DNA of 64,000 nt from assembly GCF_009914755.1 (NCBI RefSeq), contig NC_060937.1, one strand, 5' to 3'. The stretch comes from the human T2T-CHM13v2.0 reference genome, Homo sapiens. The notes below the pieces were generated by a model that was given only the letters and a program-made list of their open reading frames with translations, did no database searches and was not told the DNA's origin. Shown in pieces: positions 1-16,599 of this stretch. The number at the start of each line of letters is the position of its first letter. Position 1 is the stretch's first letter. The position numbers and the translations under genes were made by a program.

Positions 1-2437
<2,437 letters not shown>

Positions 2438-4094
2438 AGAAATAAGAGATGACACAAACAAATGGAAAAATATTCCATGCTCATGGATAGGAAGAATCAA
2501 TATCGTGAAAATAGCCATACTGCACTCAAAGTACTTTATAAATTCAATCTTATCCCCATCAAGCTACCATTGACTTTCTTCACAGAATTAGAAAATAACT
2601 ACTTAAAATTTCATATGGAACCAAAAAAGAGCCCGTATACCCAAGACAATCCTAAGCAAAAAGAACAAAGCTGAAGGCATCATGCTACCTGACTTCAAAC
2701 TATGCTACAAGTCTACAGTAACCAAAGCAGCATGGTACTGGTACCAAAACAGATATATAGACCAATGGAACAGAACAGAGGCCTCAGAAATAACACCACA
2801 CATCTACAACCATCTAATCTTTGACAAACCTGACAGAAACAAGCAATGGGGAAAGGATTCCCTATTTAATAAATGGTGTTGGTTAAACTGGCTACCCATA
2901 TGCAGAAAACTGAAACTGGACCCCTTCCTTACACCATATACAAAAATTAACTCAGGATGGATTAAAGATGTAAACATCAGAACTAAAACCATAAAAACCC
3001 TAGAAGAAAACCTAGGCAATGCCATTCAGGACATAGGCATGGGCAAAGACTTCATGACTAAAACACCAAAAGCAATTGCAACAAAAGTCAAAATTGACAC
3101 ATGGATCTAATTAAACTAAAGAGCTTCTGCACAGCAAAAGAAACTATCATCAGAATGAACAGGCAACCTACAGAATGGGAGAAAATTTTTGCAATCTATC
3201 CATCTGACAAAGGGCTAATATCCAGAATCTACAAGGAACTTAAACAAATTTACAAGAAAATAACAAACAACCCTATCCAAATGTGGGTGAAGGATATGAA
3301 GAGACACTTTTCAAAAGAAGACATTTATGTGGCCTACAAACATATGAAAAAAGCTCATCATCACTGATCATTAGAGAAATGCAAATCAAAACCACAATGA
3401 GATACCCTCTCATGCCAGTTAGAATGGTGATCATTAAAAAGTCAGGAAACAACAGATGCTAGAGAGGATGTGGAGAAATAGGAACATTTTTACACTGTTG
3501 GTGGGAGTGTAAATTAGTTCAGCCATTGTGGAAGATACTCTGGCGATTCCTCAAGGTTCTAGAACTAGAAATACCATTTGACCCAGCAATCCCATTACTA
3601 GGTATATACCCAAATATTTTAAATCATTCTACTATAAAGAAACAAGCACACGTATGTTTATTGCAGCACTATTCACAACAGCAAAGACTTGGAACCAACC
3701 CAAATGCCCATCAATGTTAGACTGGATAAAGAAAATGTGGCACATATACAACATGGAGTACTATGCAGCCATAAAAATGGATGAGTTCATGTCCTTTGCA
3801 GGGACATGGATGAAGCTGGAAATATCATTCTCAGCAAAGGAACAGAAAACCAAACACCGTATGTTCTCACTCATAAGTGGGAGCTGAACAATGAGAACAG
3901 ATGGACACAGGGAGGGGAACATCACACACTGGGGCCTGTCGCAGGGTCGGGGGCAAGGGGAGGGAGAGCATTAGGAGAAATTCCTAATGGAGATGACGGG
4001 TTGATGGGCAAATCACCATGGCACATGTATACCTATGTAACAAACCTGCACGTTCTGCACTTGTATCCCAGGACTTAAAGTATTAAAAAAAAAA
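2438..4094 (+). mobile_element. Older LINE-1 (L1PA7/8-like): 3' ORF2 fragments, 3' UTR and short poly(A)
   Basis: Frameshifted ORF2 fragments (2682-3110, 3101-3367, 3654-3887); 3' UTR 'ggggcctgtc...gggagagcattagga...cctatgtaacaaacctgcacgttctgcac' ending in an A tail. Confidence 0.9.
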
Positions 4095-4284
4095 TACACT
4101 CCAAATTGGTAAGCTGATGTTACCTGTGGCGATGTAAATGCGAATGGAAGGTGGTCATGAAACCCTTACCTTATTTTTTCTTTTAAAATTTAAAACATTT
4201 TAATTGTGGTAAAAAACACATAAAATTTACCATCTTAATCATTTTCAAGTGTACAGTTCAGCAGTGTTTAGTGTATTCACTTTA

Positions 4285-4690
<406 letters not shown>

Positions 4691-5084
4691 AACAACAAAC
4701 CCCAATTTCCCCCTCCCTCCAGCTCCTGGTGACCACCATTCTACTTTCTGATTCTATGAATTTGACTATTTTAGACATCTCATATAAATAGAATCACATA
4801 GTGAAACCCAGACCCCATCCCTAATCTTCCTAACACATAGTATTTGTCTTTTGCTGGGTGGCATATTTTACTTAGCATAATGTCTTCACATTGCAGCATG
4901 TGTCAGGATTTCCTCCTTTTTTAAGGCTGAATAATATTTCATTGTATGGATACACCACATTTCATTTATTCATTCATCTGTCAATGGATACAATAGCCCC
5001 CCTTTGGCTATTGTGACTAATACTGCTATGAATTTGGGTGTGCAAATATAAGTTTGAGATCCTGCTTTCACTTCTTTCGGATCT

Positions 5085-5580
5085 ATAGTAATCCCTGCTT
5101 ACTTGTTCCTTAGGATACATTGCAAGACTCCCAGAGGCTTCCTGAAACTGCAGATAGTACCAAACCCTACTGTGTTTTTTTCCCTGTACATAACATACTT
5201 ATGATCAAGTTTAATTTATAAATTAGGCACTGTAAGTGATTAACAGCAATAACTCATAACAAAACAGAACAGTTATAACCAATATGTCAATATTACTACT
5301 ATGGCACTTTGGGGCCATTATTAAGTATAATAAGGATTAAACACAGCACCACCGAGATGGCTATTAAGTGACTCATGAATAGGGAGTGTAGACACTGGAC
5401 AAGGAGAAGATTTATGTCCTGGGTGGGATAGAACTGACCTAGCGGGATTTCATCACACTACTCAGAATGACAAGTGATTTAAAACTTATGAATTGTCTAT
5501 TTCTGGAATTTCCCATTTAACATTTTCAGACTAAGGTTGACCATGGGTAGCTGAAATCACAGATAAGGGGAAACTACAGT
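5085..5580 (-). mobile_element. MER44B-like Tigger (TcMar) non-autonomous DNA transposon
   Basis: Degenerate inverted termini 'tagtaatccctgctta' and 'gataaggggaaactacag', flanked by TA; internal sequence resembles MER44. Confidence 0.75.
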
Positions 5581-5647
5581 ATAATCGGTACTGAGATTGC
5601 TGGATCATATGACAGTTCTACTTTTAATTTTATGGAAACCACCATAC

Positions 5648-5980
5648 TGTTTTGTTTTGTTTTGTTTTGTTTTGTTTTGTTTTGTTTTGTTTAAATTGAA
5701 ACGGAGTCTGGCTCTGTCACCCAGGCTGGAGTGCAGTGGCACAATCTAGGCTCACTGCAAGCTCCACTTCCCGGGTTCACGCCATTCTCCTGCCTCAGCC
5801 TCCCGGTGTAGCTGGGACTACATGTGCCCCCCACTGCGCCTGGCTAATTTTTTTGTATTTTTAGTAGAGACAGGGTTTCACCATGTTAGCCAGGATGGTC
5901 TCGATCTCCTGACCTCGTGATCCACCCCCCTCGGCCTCCCAAAGTGCTGGGATTACAGGCGTGAGCCACTGCGCCCGGCC
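5648..5980 (-). mobile_element. AluY-like element with (TTTTG)n microsatellite tail (5648-5692)
   Basis: AluY diagnostics 'gcaagctcc...gggttcacgccattctcc' and 'ttagccaggatggtctcgatctcctgacctcgtgatcc'. Confidence 0.92.
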
Positions 5981-6254
5981 ATGCTGTTCTTATTTTATTT
6001 TTATTGTTTGAATATTTTACAACAAAAATATATTTATGCATTATTTATGTAATTAAGGGTAAAGGAAAAAATTAATCTAGACAGATGTAGTTCAAAGCAG
6101 ACCAAGTACCAACTAAATAGTGGTTTTGGTGACAGCTAGGAATAGTCAGGTTTGGTGGTCAGTGGTCTACCAAATGGCCAGTGAACTGGAAGTGCTCAAT
6201 ACTAAAGACCAAGCATTTAATTAGCATTACTAATTGTTTTGTTATTCACAAATA

Positions 6255-6558
6255 TCCACTATCCTTGCCTGTGGGAGGCTTATAAGTCCCCACCTAACAG
6301 TGGCCATATGAGTTGCTTTGGCCAATGAACCATGAGCAGGAGAGCCTTGCACCCATTCCAGGGAGATGTTTTAGGAGCAGGGCCATGATTTCCATATCCT
6401 CCTTCCCCTCTGCTGAGTTAACCAGCCATGTCCCACACACAGGCTGTGATGGCAGTCCCAGGCCCAAAGGGAAGGTGCGTTCAACAGAGCTGCAGCCAAA
6501 CTTTGATGCACAGGAAGTGTGAATGAGAAATCGAATTTGGTGGTTGAAAATGACTGGA
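6255..6558 (+). mobile_element. Old MaLR LTR fragment (MLT1J/I-like)
   Basis: MLT motif 'ggccatatgagttgctttggccaatgaa' and MLT-like 3' region. Confidence 0.55.
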
Positions 6559-6560
6559 CT

Positions 6561-7155
<595 letters not shown>

Positions 7156-8494
7156 TTATGGACTTATTTTTTTGATCCCACAGGACACTCTGGTCTGCCT
7201 CATGCAAGCTGTCTACTCAGACCTTCTTATCTCCATGAGGACTGTGAACTCGGAGTGGGAAAAGGGATCTGTAAACCAGAGGTCTCCTCCGCTCCAGGAG
7301 CTCTCAGTCTTCTGAAGGTGGGTACACGTCACCCCCAGGCCAGGAAAAATTGCCAACACCATAATGTGTCCACATGGCATTCCAGGGATGCGACCTCACT
7401 GCCCATGACTTGGCCTCTCAGAAATTATCCAGAGCCCTGTCAGCCTGAAAGGGACAAAGAGTATTGCCCTGAACACTCCCTGGTATGTTGAACACTTCCT
7501 TGTATGATCACCAGGACAAGCTTCAGACACAGGAGGAATACAAGGAGTATTCTAGAGGAGGCTACACCCCATTCTCTCCCATCAAAAACCTTCTCAGGTT
7601 AAGGCAGAGAAGTAGTAGCTCCGTCTCACGAACTGTCTTCCAAAATGCAGTGTTGAGAGAATTGACCAATGTGTGAGGCTAGAAAGGGCAACCAACCCAT
7701 TGTCTCCGGAGCAATGGCAGGCACAGCGTGTGGCAGCCGCTTCCAGAGTGCCCTCTGTCAGGAGAAGAAGGACGATCAGCTTCGTTCTGGTAGAGCGGCA
7801 TCTCCCTGCTTTGCTTGCAGTTTTACCTGGTTGGCACCAGTCCCATTAAAGGGGAAGGTGAAACTGGGCTCTGAGTTTAGCCTCATCCCGTGGAAATGGC
7901 TAAAAATTTCCCTTTCTATTCATTTGTTGTCTTAGTATTTTTTTTTTTAACCAGAGAACTATGCAAGAAAAGTATTTTAGACAAGCTGTGGCAAAAGAAA
8001 ACTGAATCATTATAAGGATTAATCATCACTGGCCAAAAAAAAAAGCCTGATGTTAACTCCATGAAAGCAGGTATGAAATCAAGGGCATCAGGCTCTCCTG
8101 GCTAATGTTCTCATTTTTCTGGCCTATCTCCGGCTGGCCTGAAATGGTGACACAATTGCTAAGAAACGATGACAGATCCAAACATGGTGCAAATCCATAG
8201 GACTTCCGGTTTTCTGAGATTCTGTGAAACGGACATTTGTTAAAGCAAGTGTCAATTCTCAAATCTCGGTAAAAACATTCTAAGAATATGGTTTTACTGT
8301 CTCTAATGAAATGTACGATGTCAAAGCTGAGGCCTATGAGGTGGGTGTTTTCTCCTGACACTCGATGCCTGTAGGCAGTGGGGGGAGTTCCCCTACGTGC
8401 ACTAGTCAATTAGCCCTTCCTTAATGAGCATTGTCCAGTCTCCCTTTGAAGACAAGGGTGCTCTAGGGAGGAGAATGGTGCCCGGGTGCAAGGA

Positions 8495-8630
8495 ATTCAG
8501 AATTATGCACTCTGACTTCAGCATTAAGGAATCTTGGGCAAGTTATAGCATCTCTGGCCTCATTTCTTCTGTCTATAAAATGAGGGCAAAATAATTATGG
8601 CCCATATATTATATTATCTGATTTGTTAGG
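8495..8630 (+). mobile_element. MIR fragment
   Basis: Core 'cttgggcaagttatagcatctctggcctcatttctt...ataaaatgagg'. Confidence 0.65.
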
Positions 8631-9228
8631 ACAAATGTCATGACCACATCGGCATGAAAGGTGGATGAGACTGAGAAGTACATCAGAGACACTTAATCAG
8701 GATGGTGAAAGAAGAGAATGATTGGAATTGGAGCAGAAACACCTCACCCCCTGCTCTCCTGGCCAGCCGGTGGGGAGCAGGGGCAGGGAGCAGAGATTGG
8801 TGGTGGAGCCATTTTGAAAACATAACTGTTTTCAAACAGTTCAAACATGAAATGTACGGTATATTTGGCTATATCTATATTGACTTTTTAGTGAATTGCA
8901 TAATATATGTATGATTCTAGATGCCATATATTATGATTTTAGATAGATAGATAAAGAATATGTTTCAGTTGTTCTTACTTGATGCTTTTATTGTGTTTAA
9001 AATTTTTCAAGTTAGAGGAATCCTGTGGATGGTATTAAGGAGAAAAACCCAAACTACATGGGTCTGCTTCTGATATTTTCATTCATGAATTATTTCCAAT
9101 CTCCATCCTGGTGCCTCAATGTGGGGAGCAGAGCCAATGAGCAGTTCTCTCTTTAAACATGGGGAGATAAGAGGCATCATTCTGGCATGGGTTAGCCATC
9201 CCTTTGCATCGGAACCTTTTCGAATTGA

Positions 9229-9577
<349 letters not shown>

Positions 9578-12034
9578 CATAAAGAGGATTTCTATGCCAT
9601 TCTAGGTATGACTACAAACTGAGAGGAAGTACACGCTTTCACACCTGGCACCAACGTACAGGTATATGAACATACTGTGCATTATTTACATTGCATTTTT
9701 CCAAGAAAACAAACAATAACCACAAAAACCTGAAGGAATAATTAGCAAAAACAAAAGTGTGTGTATGTGTGTGGAGAGGGATGGGTCATTGTCATTTGGA
9801 AAAATCTTAGTGCGTTTCTTATGTATACCCATTTGTGAGCATTCTTTAGCTTATCTACATTAAATCAACTTGGGCTTCATCAACTCTGCTGGAAAAAGAA
9901 GATGAAACACACCTTGTGACCACCAGCAAGGGCTCTAGGGGGGACAGATTTTTTAACTACATCATTAATTTCCAAAGACACAGCCATTGTTCTTGAACTC
10001 ACCAAACATAAAAATGCACTAGAGAAAAGGTAATTTCAAGTGCTAATAAAAAGAAAACAAAAGGTTTCATTCACCAGCAATCTCTGCTTCCTTTGATTTA
10101 CAGTTTTCAGAAAGCAACAGTGTCATTGAACTACAGGGTCACAGAGCCGCCTCCCGGTGGAACGCTGATTAGATGGCCTTCCCTGACGTACATTCAGTAA
10201 ATGAGTGGATGACAGCCAACTCCTCATCACCCAGCCACAGCGGACCTGGTGATCCTGGTGAACGTGTTCACAGGAAGTAGAGCCAATCACTGCATGGCTG
10301 GTGTGGGTCTGCGGCACACAGAGCACTTGGCTGATTTTATTTCAGACATCCTCTCAACTGATACCCTCTTGCCAAAGGAAGAAAGCATTACTGCAGATAA
10401 CACAAAATGGTAATTAATCAGCCCAAGGCTTTCCTTAAATCCCTTCTCTCTACTTCCTGAGAGGCATTTTCTGGAATTTCCATCTGCATCACACAGGACA
10501 ACTGCTACATTAGTTACTGGGTTGGCCACAGAATGACGAAGAGCAGTTCTCACTTCTCTTGGAATTATGGAGTAGACTCCACAAGGGAGGAGTTCACAGG
10601 GCACTTCACTGTACTGGCCATGTTTTATAGCTTGAGCTGGGTGATGAGAACATGAGCGTCATGTTATTCCCTAGCCCTTTTCTTACATATCTTAAATATA
10701 GCATAGCATATTCTTTCTAAGAAAAGTAGACTCAAATATGAGGGCTTTGGGAGCTAATTCAGTTCTCATAAATTATTTATGTCCGTATGCCCTTTTTTGC
10801 TCCAGACAAGAATTATTTCATGCAATTAAAATTTTCTCCACTCATAGAAGTATTTCTTGCTATAATTTAAATGATAAAGATATACATAAAAAAGAAATAG
10901 TAAGAGGAAAGCACTATTTTTTTTTTTTGGCAGGGGCTGGGGGGGCGTGATCCCTGTTCCAGCTTCACGCCCCTCATCAAAGATAGCCAATCTCTCTGGC
11001 TGAGTGTATCTTCTTCCAGAACATTTTCTACTCCTATAGGTACATATATTTCCACATTGCACTTCCGAATGTAATGTGAGTTTTTACTCATGCATCTTGT
11101 TCATCTTTTCTGGGCATTGATCACTTAAGGTGGGCAAGAAGCAAGGACTAACGTCCTGGGCTAGAAGGGACAGGAATGTTTGGAAGGAAAACTTCCATGA
11201 TTAGAGAGACAACTATGATCTTAATGGAAAAATTTTGGTGGGAATCGCGACGTGTTAAACTTGCCCTAGAATCATGTGCCCAGAGACTTGTGCAAGACAT
11301 TCCAAGTGTGGGAACAGAAGGGTGACAGTCACCAGCTGGGGTCCTTGGGACCTTTTTGTTAGTTATGCCTGGAGAACCAGCAGGTCTCTTGGCTCGAGGG
11401 CTGAGTGCTGAGACAAGGAGCTAAATGGGCCAGCACAAACAGGTCAAAACTGAGCAATGGAGCTGGTTTTATGATTTAAGCTGACTCCAAAGAGGCTGCA
11501 CATGTGGTTCGTTTATAACTGAGATGAAGTAGATTTTTCTAAGGGCCATTCATCTCAGAGCGTCAGGAGTTGGGTGTTTCCCGGCTGAGCAGAAGCAGGG
11601 TCACATGTGAGGAACAGAGCTGTGGTCCTATGGTCCTGACCTAAAGAGGGGTCCCTTTTTATCCCTTGGGTAGTCATGGAAGATATAAGTATCAAATCTT
11701 GGCAAGCCTGCCACTTTATGGCTGCTTTGAGACAAAAGCTCTTTTTCTACAACTCCTTGGGAATGAGAATCTCCAGCAGAAAGTGGGACTCATCATCTGC
11801 CCCAGTGCATGCTTGGACACTTGCTGTGTGCGGGCACAGGGCACTGAGAGTCAGGCTGCCCCTTGTCAGGCTGTGAGCATCTCCCATCACTTGGTGCTTC
11901 CTTACTCTTCCTCCACACCTTTCTTTTCCTTCTTTGTGTGTCTCACATGAAATCCTTTTGTGCAGATTTTTTTTCTCTTACAATCTTTTAAAATTGAGGA
12001 TAATAATTCACATGCCATAAAATTCACCATTTTA

Positions 12035-12322
<288 letters not shown>

Positions 12323-12855
12323 AGTCTATCTTTCAGAGATCTTAGCGTAAACTCATTCCTTCAGCAGAGCCTGCTTTTCTTTTCGGTGCTGCATACTGTT
12401 CTCCGCCATGGCTCTTTTGGGGTGCAGTGTTCTTCCTGCATTTGTTTCCCTCTGACAAAGATGAACTAGAACAAAGCAGGAGCTCTGCTTTCCCTCCAGC
12501 TGCCTCCGTCCCCATCTGCAGTTGGCAAGGATGCCCCTGCCTGCAGTCCTACCATTGATTGGCATCTGACTGCCCACTGGCTCTCCATATGCTAAGAGCA
12601 CACTCCAACCTGTCTCATGATATTTGAGGGAGGGAAGGCACTAATAATTCACATAGACTCCATTGATTTTTGCCATCTTCTCGGTTCCTCTTACTCCCTC
12701 TTTTTCCCTAGAGACGCTGTTAGGAAACTAGCTAACAGTCCTTGAAGCCAAACTGAGTTTCTGAATTTATTGCATTCCTAAAATAGTGGGAAAAAAAATC
12801 AAGAATTGGGCCTCAAGAAAATCACATACTAGCAAATTATGTTCCTGTCTGATTG

Positions 12856-13258
12856 TGTTGTAGAAAAAACCGGGTTCTTGTCACACAACCAGGAAAATTT
12901 AGACTCAGGCACCTTGTAGTGTGAGTAGGGCAGGGTTTATTGGGTGAAAAGGAAAAAAAGAAAGAGGAACTCTCAGCAAAGTGAGAGTCCTGCTGGCAGG
13001 CCCCCACCTTACAGATTGAATCCCAGGCCACCACACAGGACCCCAAGAGGCCAGGCTCCTCCCCCACTGTAAACAGGGTGAACTTTCCCTGGCTCCATCC
13101 TCTTCCCCCAGCACGCAGGTGGGCATTACATAGAGAGCATCAGTCGGGAAAGGGCGGGCTTCATCCAGGACCAGCAGTTCGGTTTTTCAGCCTTCAGGCT
13201 GTTTTAGGCTTGAAGGTGGAGTTTTGCTGGAGACGTTGACTATCTCCTGTCTCTATCA
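12856..13258 (-). mobile_element. Solo ERV1 LTR (MER61-like)
   Basis: TG...CA termini; minus strand begins 'tgatagagacaggag...ccttcaagcctaaaacagcctgaaggctgaaaaacc'; AATAAA on the minus strand near 12940; imperfect 4-bp flanks attg/atag. Confidence 0.75.
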
Positions 13259-14149
13259 ATAGTGAAGCAGTCTGGCAAATCCACACCTTCAGGGATATGA
13301 CGTGTGCTGAGAAAAGCTATTCTTTGATGTTAAGAAAATAATGGGATGGCCCAAACAAGTGAGTATCTTTCTCTATGAGAATAGAGAGTTCAGGAGACAT
13401 AGCCAGGCAATATCTGGTATTTGTTTGATTTCACTGCACAAAATGATCATCCAATGGCCAGAAATAACTATGGGTGCATACAACTTTATGAGAATACAAT
13501 AAAGAGAATTCCAAACTCACAAAATATTAAGAATTAAGGAGTATTCATTTTCCAAAAACAATGATGCATTTTTGTGCTGCTGAAATTTTGTTGTACTGGA
13601 TGTGGCTGACAGCAAATGGGTCAGAGACTGCAGAGATTTCCCTGCTGATAATTTTTACACTCGAATATGGATACCTCAGAATGTAGAGTAGGATGAACCC
13701 TCAGAAACTCAGGACCATATGGTTGTGTGATTACCCACGATTATGGGCAGGTCAGAGTGGATTTTTGTATTTTAAATTGATGTTGCTGGAAACTTCCTCC
13801 ATAAAGGCTAATGAAAATCATATCTCCTGGAATTCTAGTAAAGTTGAGAGGTGAAGAAAGATGGCAAATTAGCTTGACTAGTTCAGACAGCTGCTTCTCT
13901 ACCCACAGAACCCTGAAAAACCACCAGGCAGGAGACTTCTGCTCACACAGCCTCATAAATGATGGCATGTTGTGAATCGCCTTCCCCCGGCAACTTAGGA
14001 AAAGCAGAGAGGGCAGGTCCCATCCTAAGCTCATTCAGCAGGTCTTGAGTTGGATAGAAGCCTCTGAAGTTTCCAGAAGCTCCCCAATGATTCTGAACCT
14101 CGAATACAATACACCAATATTTCAGAACCTCGAATACAATGAAAACAGT

Positions 14150-14345
14150 TTACATTTGAAATCAAGTAGGCATGAGTTCAGCTTTAGAGTCCTGCACTGG
14201 GTGACCTTGAGCAAGTTGCTTCTCTCTGAGCTTCAGTTTTCTCTACATTACCTGTCTTGCAGGGCTATTGTGAGGATTCAGTTAATGGATGCATTAAGTG
14301 TTGTTCTCAGCACTTGCCACCTCGTGGTTGATTAATAAACATAGC
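14150..14345 (+). mobile_element. MIR
   Basis: 'gggtgaccttgagcaagttgcttctctctgagcttcagtttt...ttgtgaggatt'. Confidence 0.75.
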
Positions 14346-14348
14346 TCC

Positions 14349-14727
14349 CGTATTAGTCTGCTTGGACTAACTACTGTGACAAAGTACCACGAGTAGGTGC
14401 CTCAAACAACCACAATTTATTTTCTCATGGCTCTGGAGGCTGGGAGTTGAGGATCAAGATGTTGGCAGGGTTGGTTTCTCCTGACACCTCTCTCCTTGGT
14501 TTGCAGATGGCCACCTTCTTGCTGTGCCTCATGGGCTTTTTCTCTCTGTCCACGTCCCGTGTCTCTTCCTCTTCTTATAAGGGCACCAGTCTTATTGGAT
14601 TAGGGCCCCATCCTATGACCTCATTTAACCTTAATCATCTCCTTAAAGGCCCTGTCTCCAAATACAGTCACATGGGGGTTAGAGCTTCAGCCTATGAATT
14701 GTGGGGGCCACAGCTTAGTCCATAACA
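14349..14727 (-). mobile_element. MaLR solo LTR (MLT1A/A0-like)
   Basis: 'gtattagtctgc...tttctcatggctctggaggctgggag...gacctcatttaaccttaat...ccataaca'. Confidence 0.85.
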
Positions 14728-16049
14728 TTTTCCTTCACCCTATCCTTTTTCCTATTCTCCTTCCCATTCCCATTAGCATCTGCAGTAGTTTATGAATGAA
14801 GTATCTTTAATTCAAAGGAATTCTTTTATAATAATTATTTGATAAGAGCTCTGATTGAAGGTAAGAGTGAGGAGGGGGTAGGGGTATTTTGCTCAAGGCA
14901 CGGGCTTTGTGGAAAGCCAGAACCCCAAGCCCTCCAAGAGACTCAACTCTTACCTAAAGGATTTGATTACTCTTGCTAGTTCAATTTCTTTTGAACTAAA
15001 AGAAAATAGAGATGGAGAAGGCACAGAATTCTCCTCTGTCTGAATTCTGAGTCCTTGCATTTCCAGATTTTGAAGGTTGGTTTGTTTTACTCTCTTATGA
15101 TACATCAGAGCAGAGTAAAAGAAAAGTCCTTTCACATTTCCTAAGTGGAAAGCATAACTTTGTGGCATATTATTTCTTGACAGAGTGGTTACTGAGCACC
15201 TATTTTTAGAGGCTGTAATATTCTGTTTCAGACATGTGAGTCTCTATCCCAGGCATACTGTCTCTCCCTTCCCTGTCCCCAAATGTCTCCTTCGTGGTTG
15301 CATGCAAAGTTCCATAAAGGCTGGCAGCCTCAGAATAGAATTTGTGATGTGAATTGTGTTCATTCTGATGTTACATGGCAGCACCTTACTGTCTCAGAAT
15401 CCATCCTTTATATAACTGGCAACGCACTGAAGTGATTCAGTCTATGAATCACAACCACTGCATTGTTCTCTTATTCATATTAGAATGAATTAAGTTTTCT
15501 GGCTGACTATGAATTTTACTGCTTTTCTAATTTCTCACCTTCCTTGGCTGTTTGTTTTTTCCCATGAAACTGAAGCACCCTTCCAGAAATATATGCATTT
15601 ATCATATATATATATATTCATATTTCTCTGCTTGATTTAAAATGTGCCACTATGATTACTCTGAATTGTAAATGACAAATTGAAAGGAGAAGGCTGGGAA
15701 AAGTTACTTATTTATAGTAATGTAATGCGTATTTTTCTGTGATAACTTAGGCAGAGATTAAGGCCTAAGGTATGGCATTAATTAAGGCCTAATCTCTGCC
15801 TAAGTTAGGAGCACTTCAGATGCATTATCATCCAGACAGTTCCAATCACTCTAGTGGCCTACAGCAGTTGAAATAACCTTACTCTTTGCTCCTCTCATTT
15901 CTTGTTTGCCCCATACTTGGGGAAGGGGTTATATGGTTAAATCCTAGAATGTCAGAGCCCGAAGAGCTCTTAGCATCTCTGAATCCAATCTCCCCTCTTT
16001 CCCTCAACTTTTAATTAAACCAAAGTCAAACCACATCATTTTCCAGCAC

Positions 16050-16507
16050 CCCCTACCCTGCTGTGAAGCAGGTTGCAATCTGCTGCTCTTGGGTTCAGTC
16101 GTATGACTTGCTTTGGACAATGGAATGTTAACAGATATAGTGTGAGGAGAATCTTGGAAAATGCTTATGTAATTGGGCTGCTCTCCGGTACTTCCGCTAG
16201 TGCAAGGAGAATGTGTCCGGGCTAGCCCATTGATTTCAGGGGGGATAAATGAGACATATGAGCAGTATTGTCAGCAAAGCTTCCTTAGCCCAAGACTAAG
16301 GCAGAGCTCCCCAGCTGACCTGCAGATAATTGAGTGAACCAAGCCAAGATCAGCAGAGCCACCTAGCTTAGCCCAGCCCAACCTCGATCCACCAAATTCC
16401 AGACAACTCACAGATACGTAAGTTATAAAAATAAATGGTCACCATTTACAAGTCATTAACTTTGGGGAGGCTCATGATGCAGTATTTTTGTGGCAATGGC
16501 AAATACA
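16050..16507 (+). mobile_element. MaLR LTR (MLT1G-like)
   Basis: 'tgacttgctttggacaatggaatgtt', AATAAA near 16430 and an MLT-type 3' end. Confidence 0.65.
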
Positions 16508-16599
16508 TTAAGTTGTGTCACTTGTTTTCTCTTGTCATCTGCCAGATCTCTCTGTTTGAAAAGTTTTTTTCACATTTTGTAATTTATAAGTAATATGTA

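Noticed and set aside
14091-14140. Repeat-spacer-repeat pattern as a CRISPR-like array
   Set aside because: Only two copies, 10-bp spacer, primate DNA and no cas genes.
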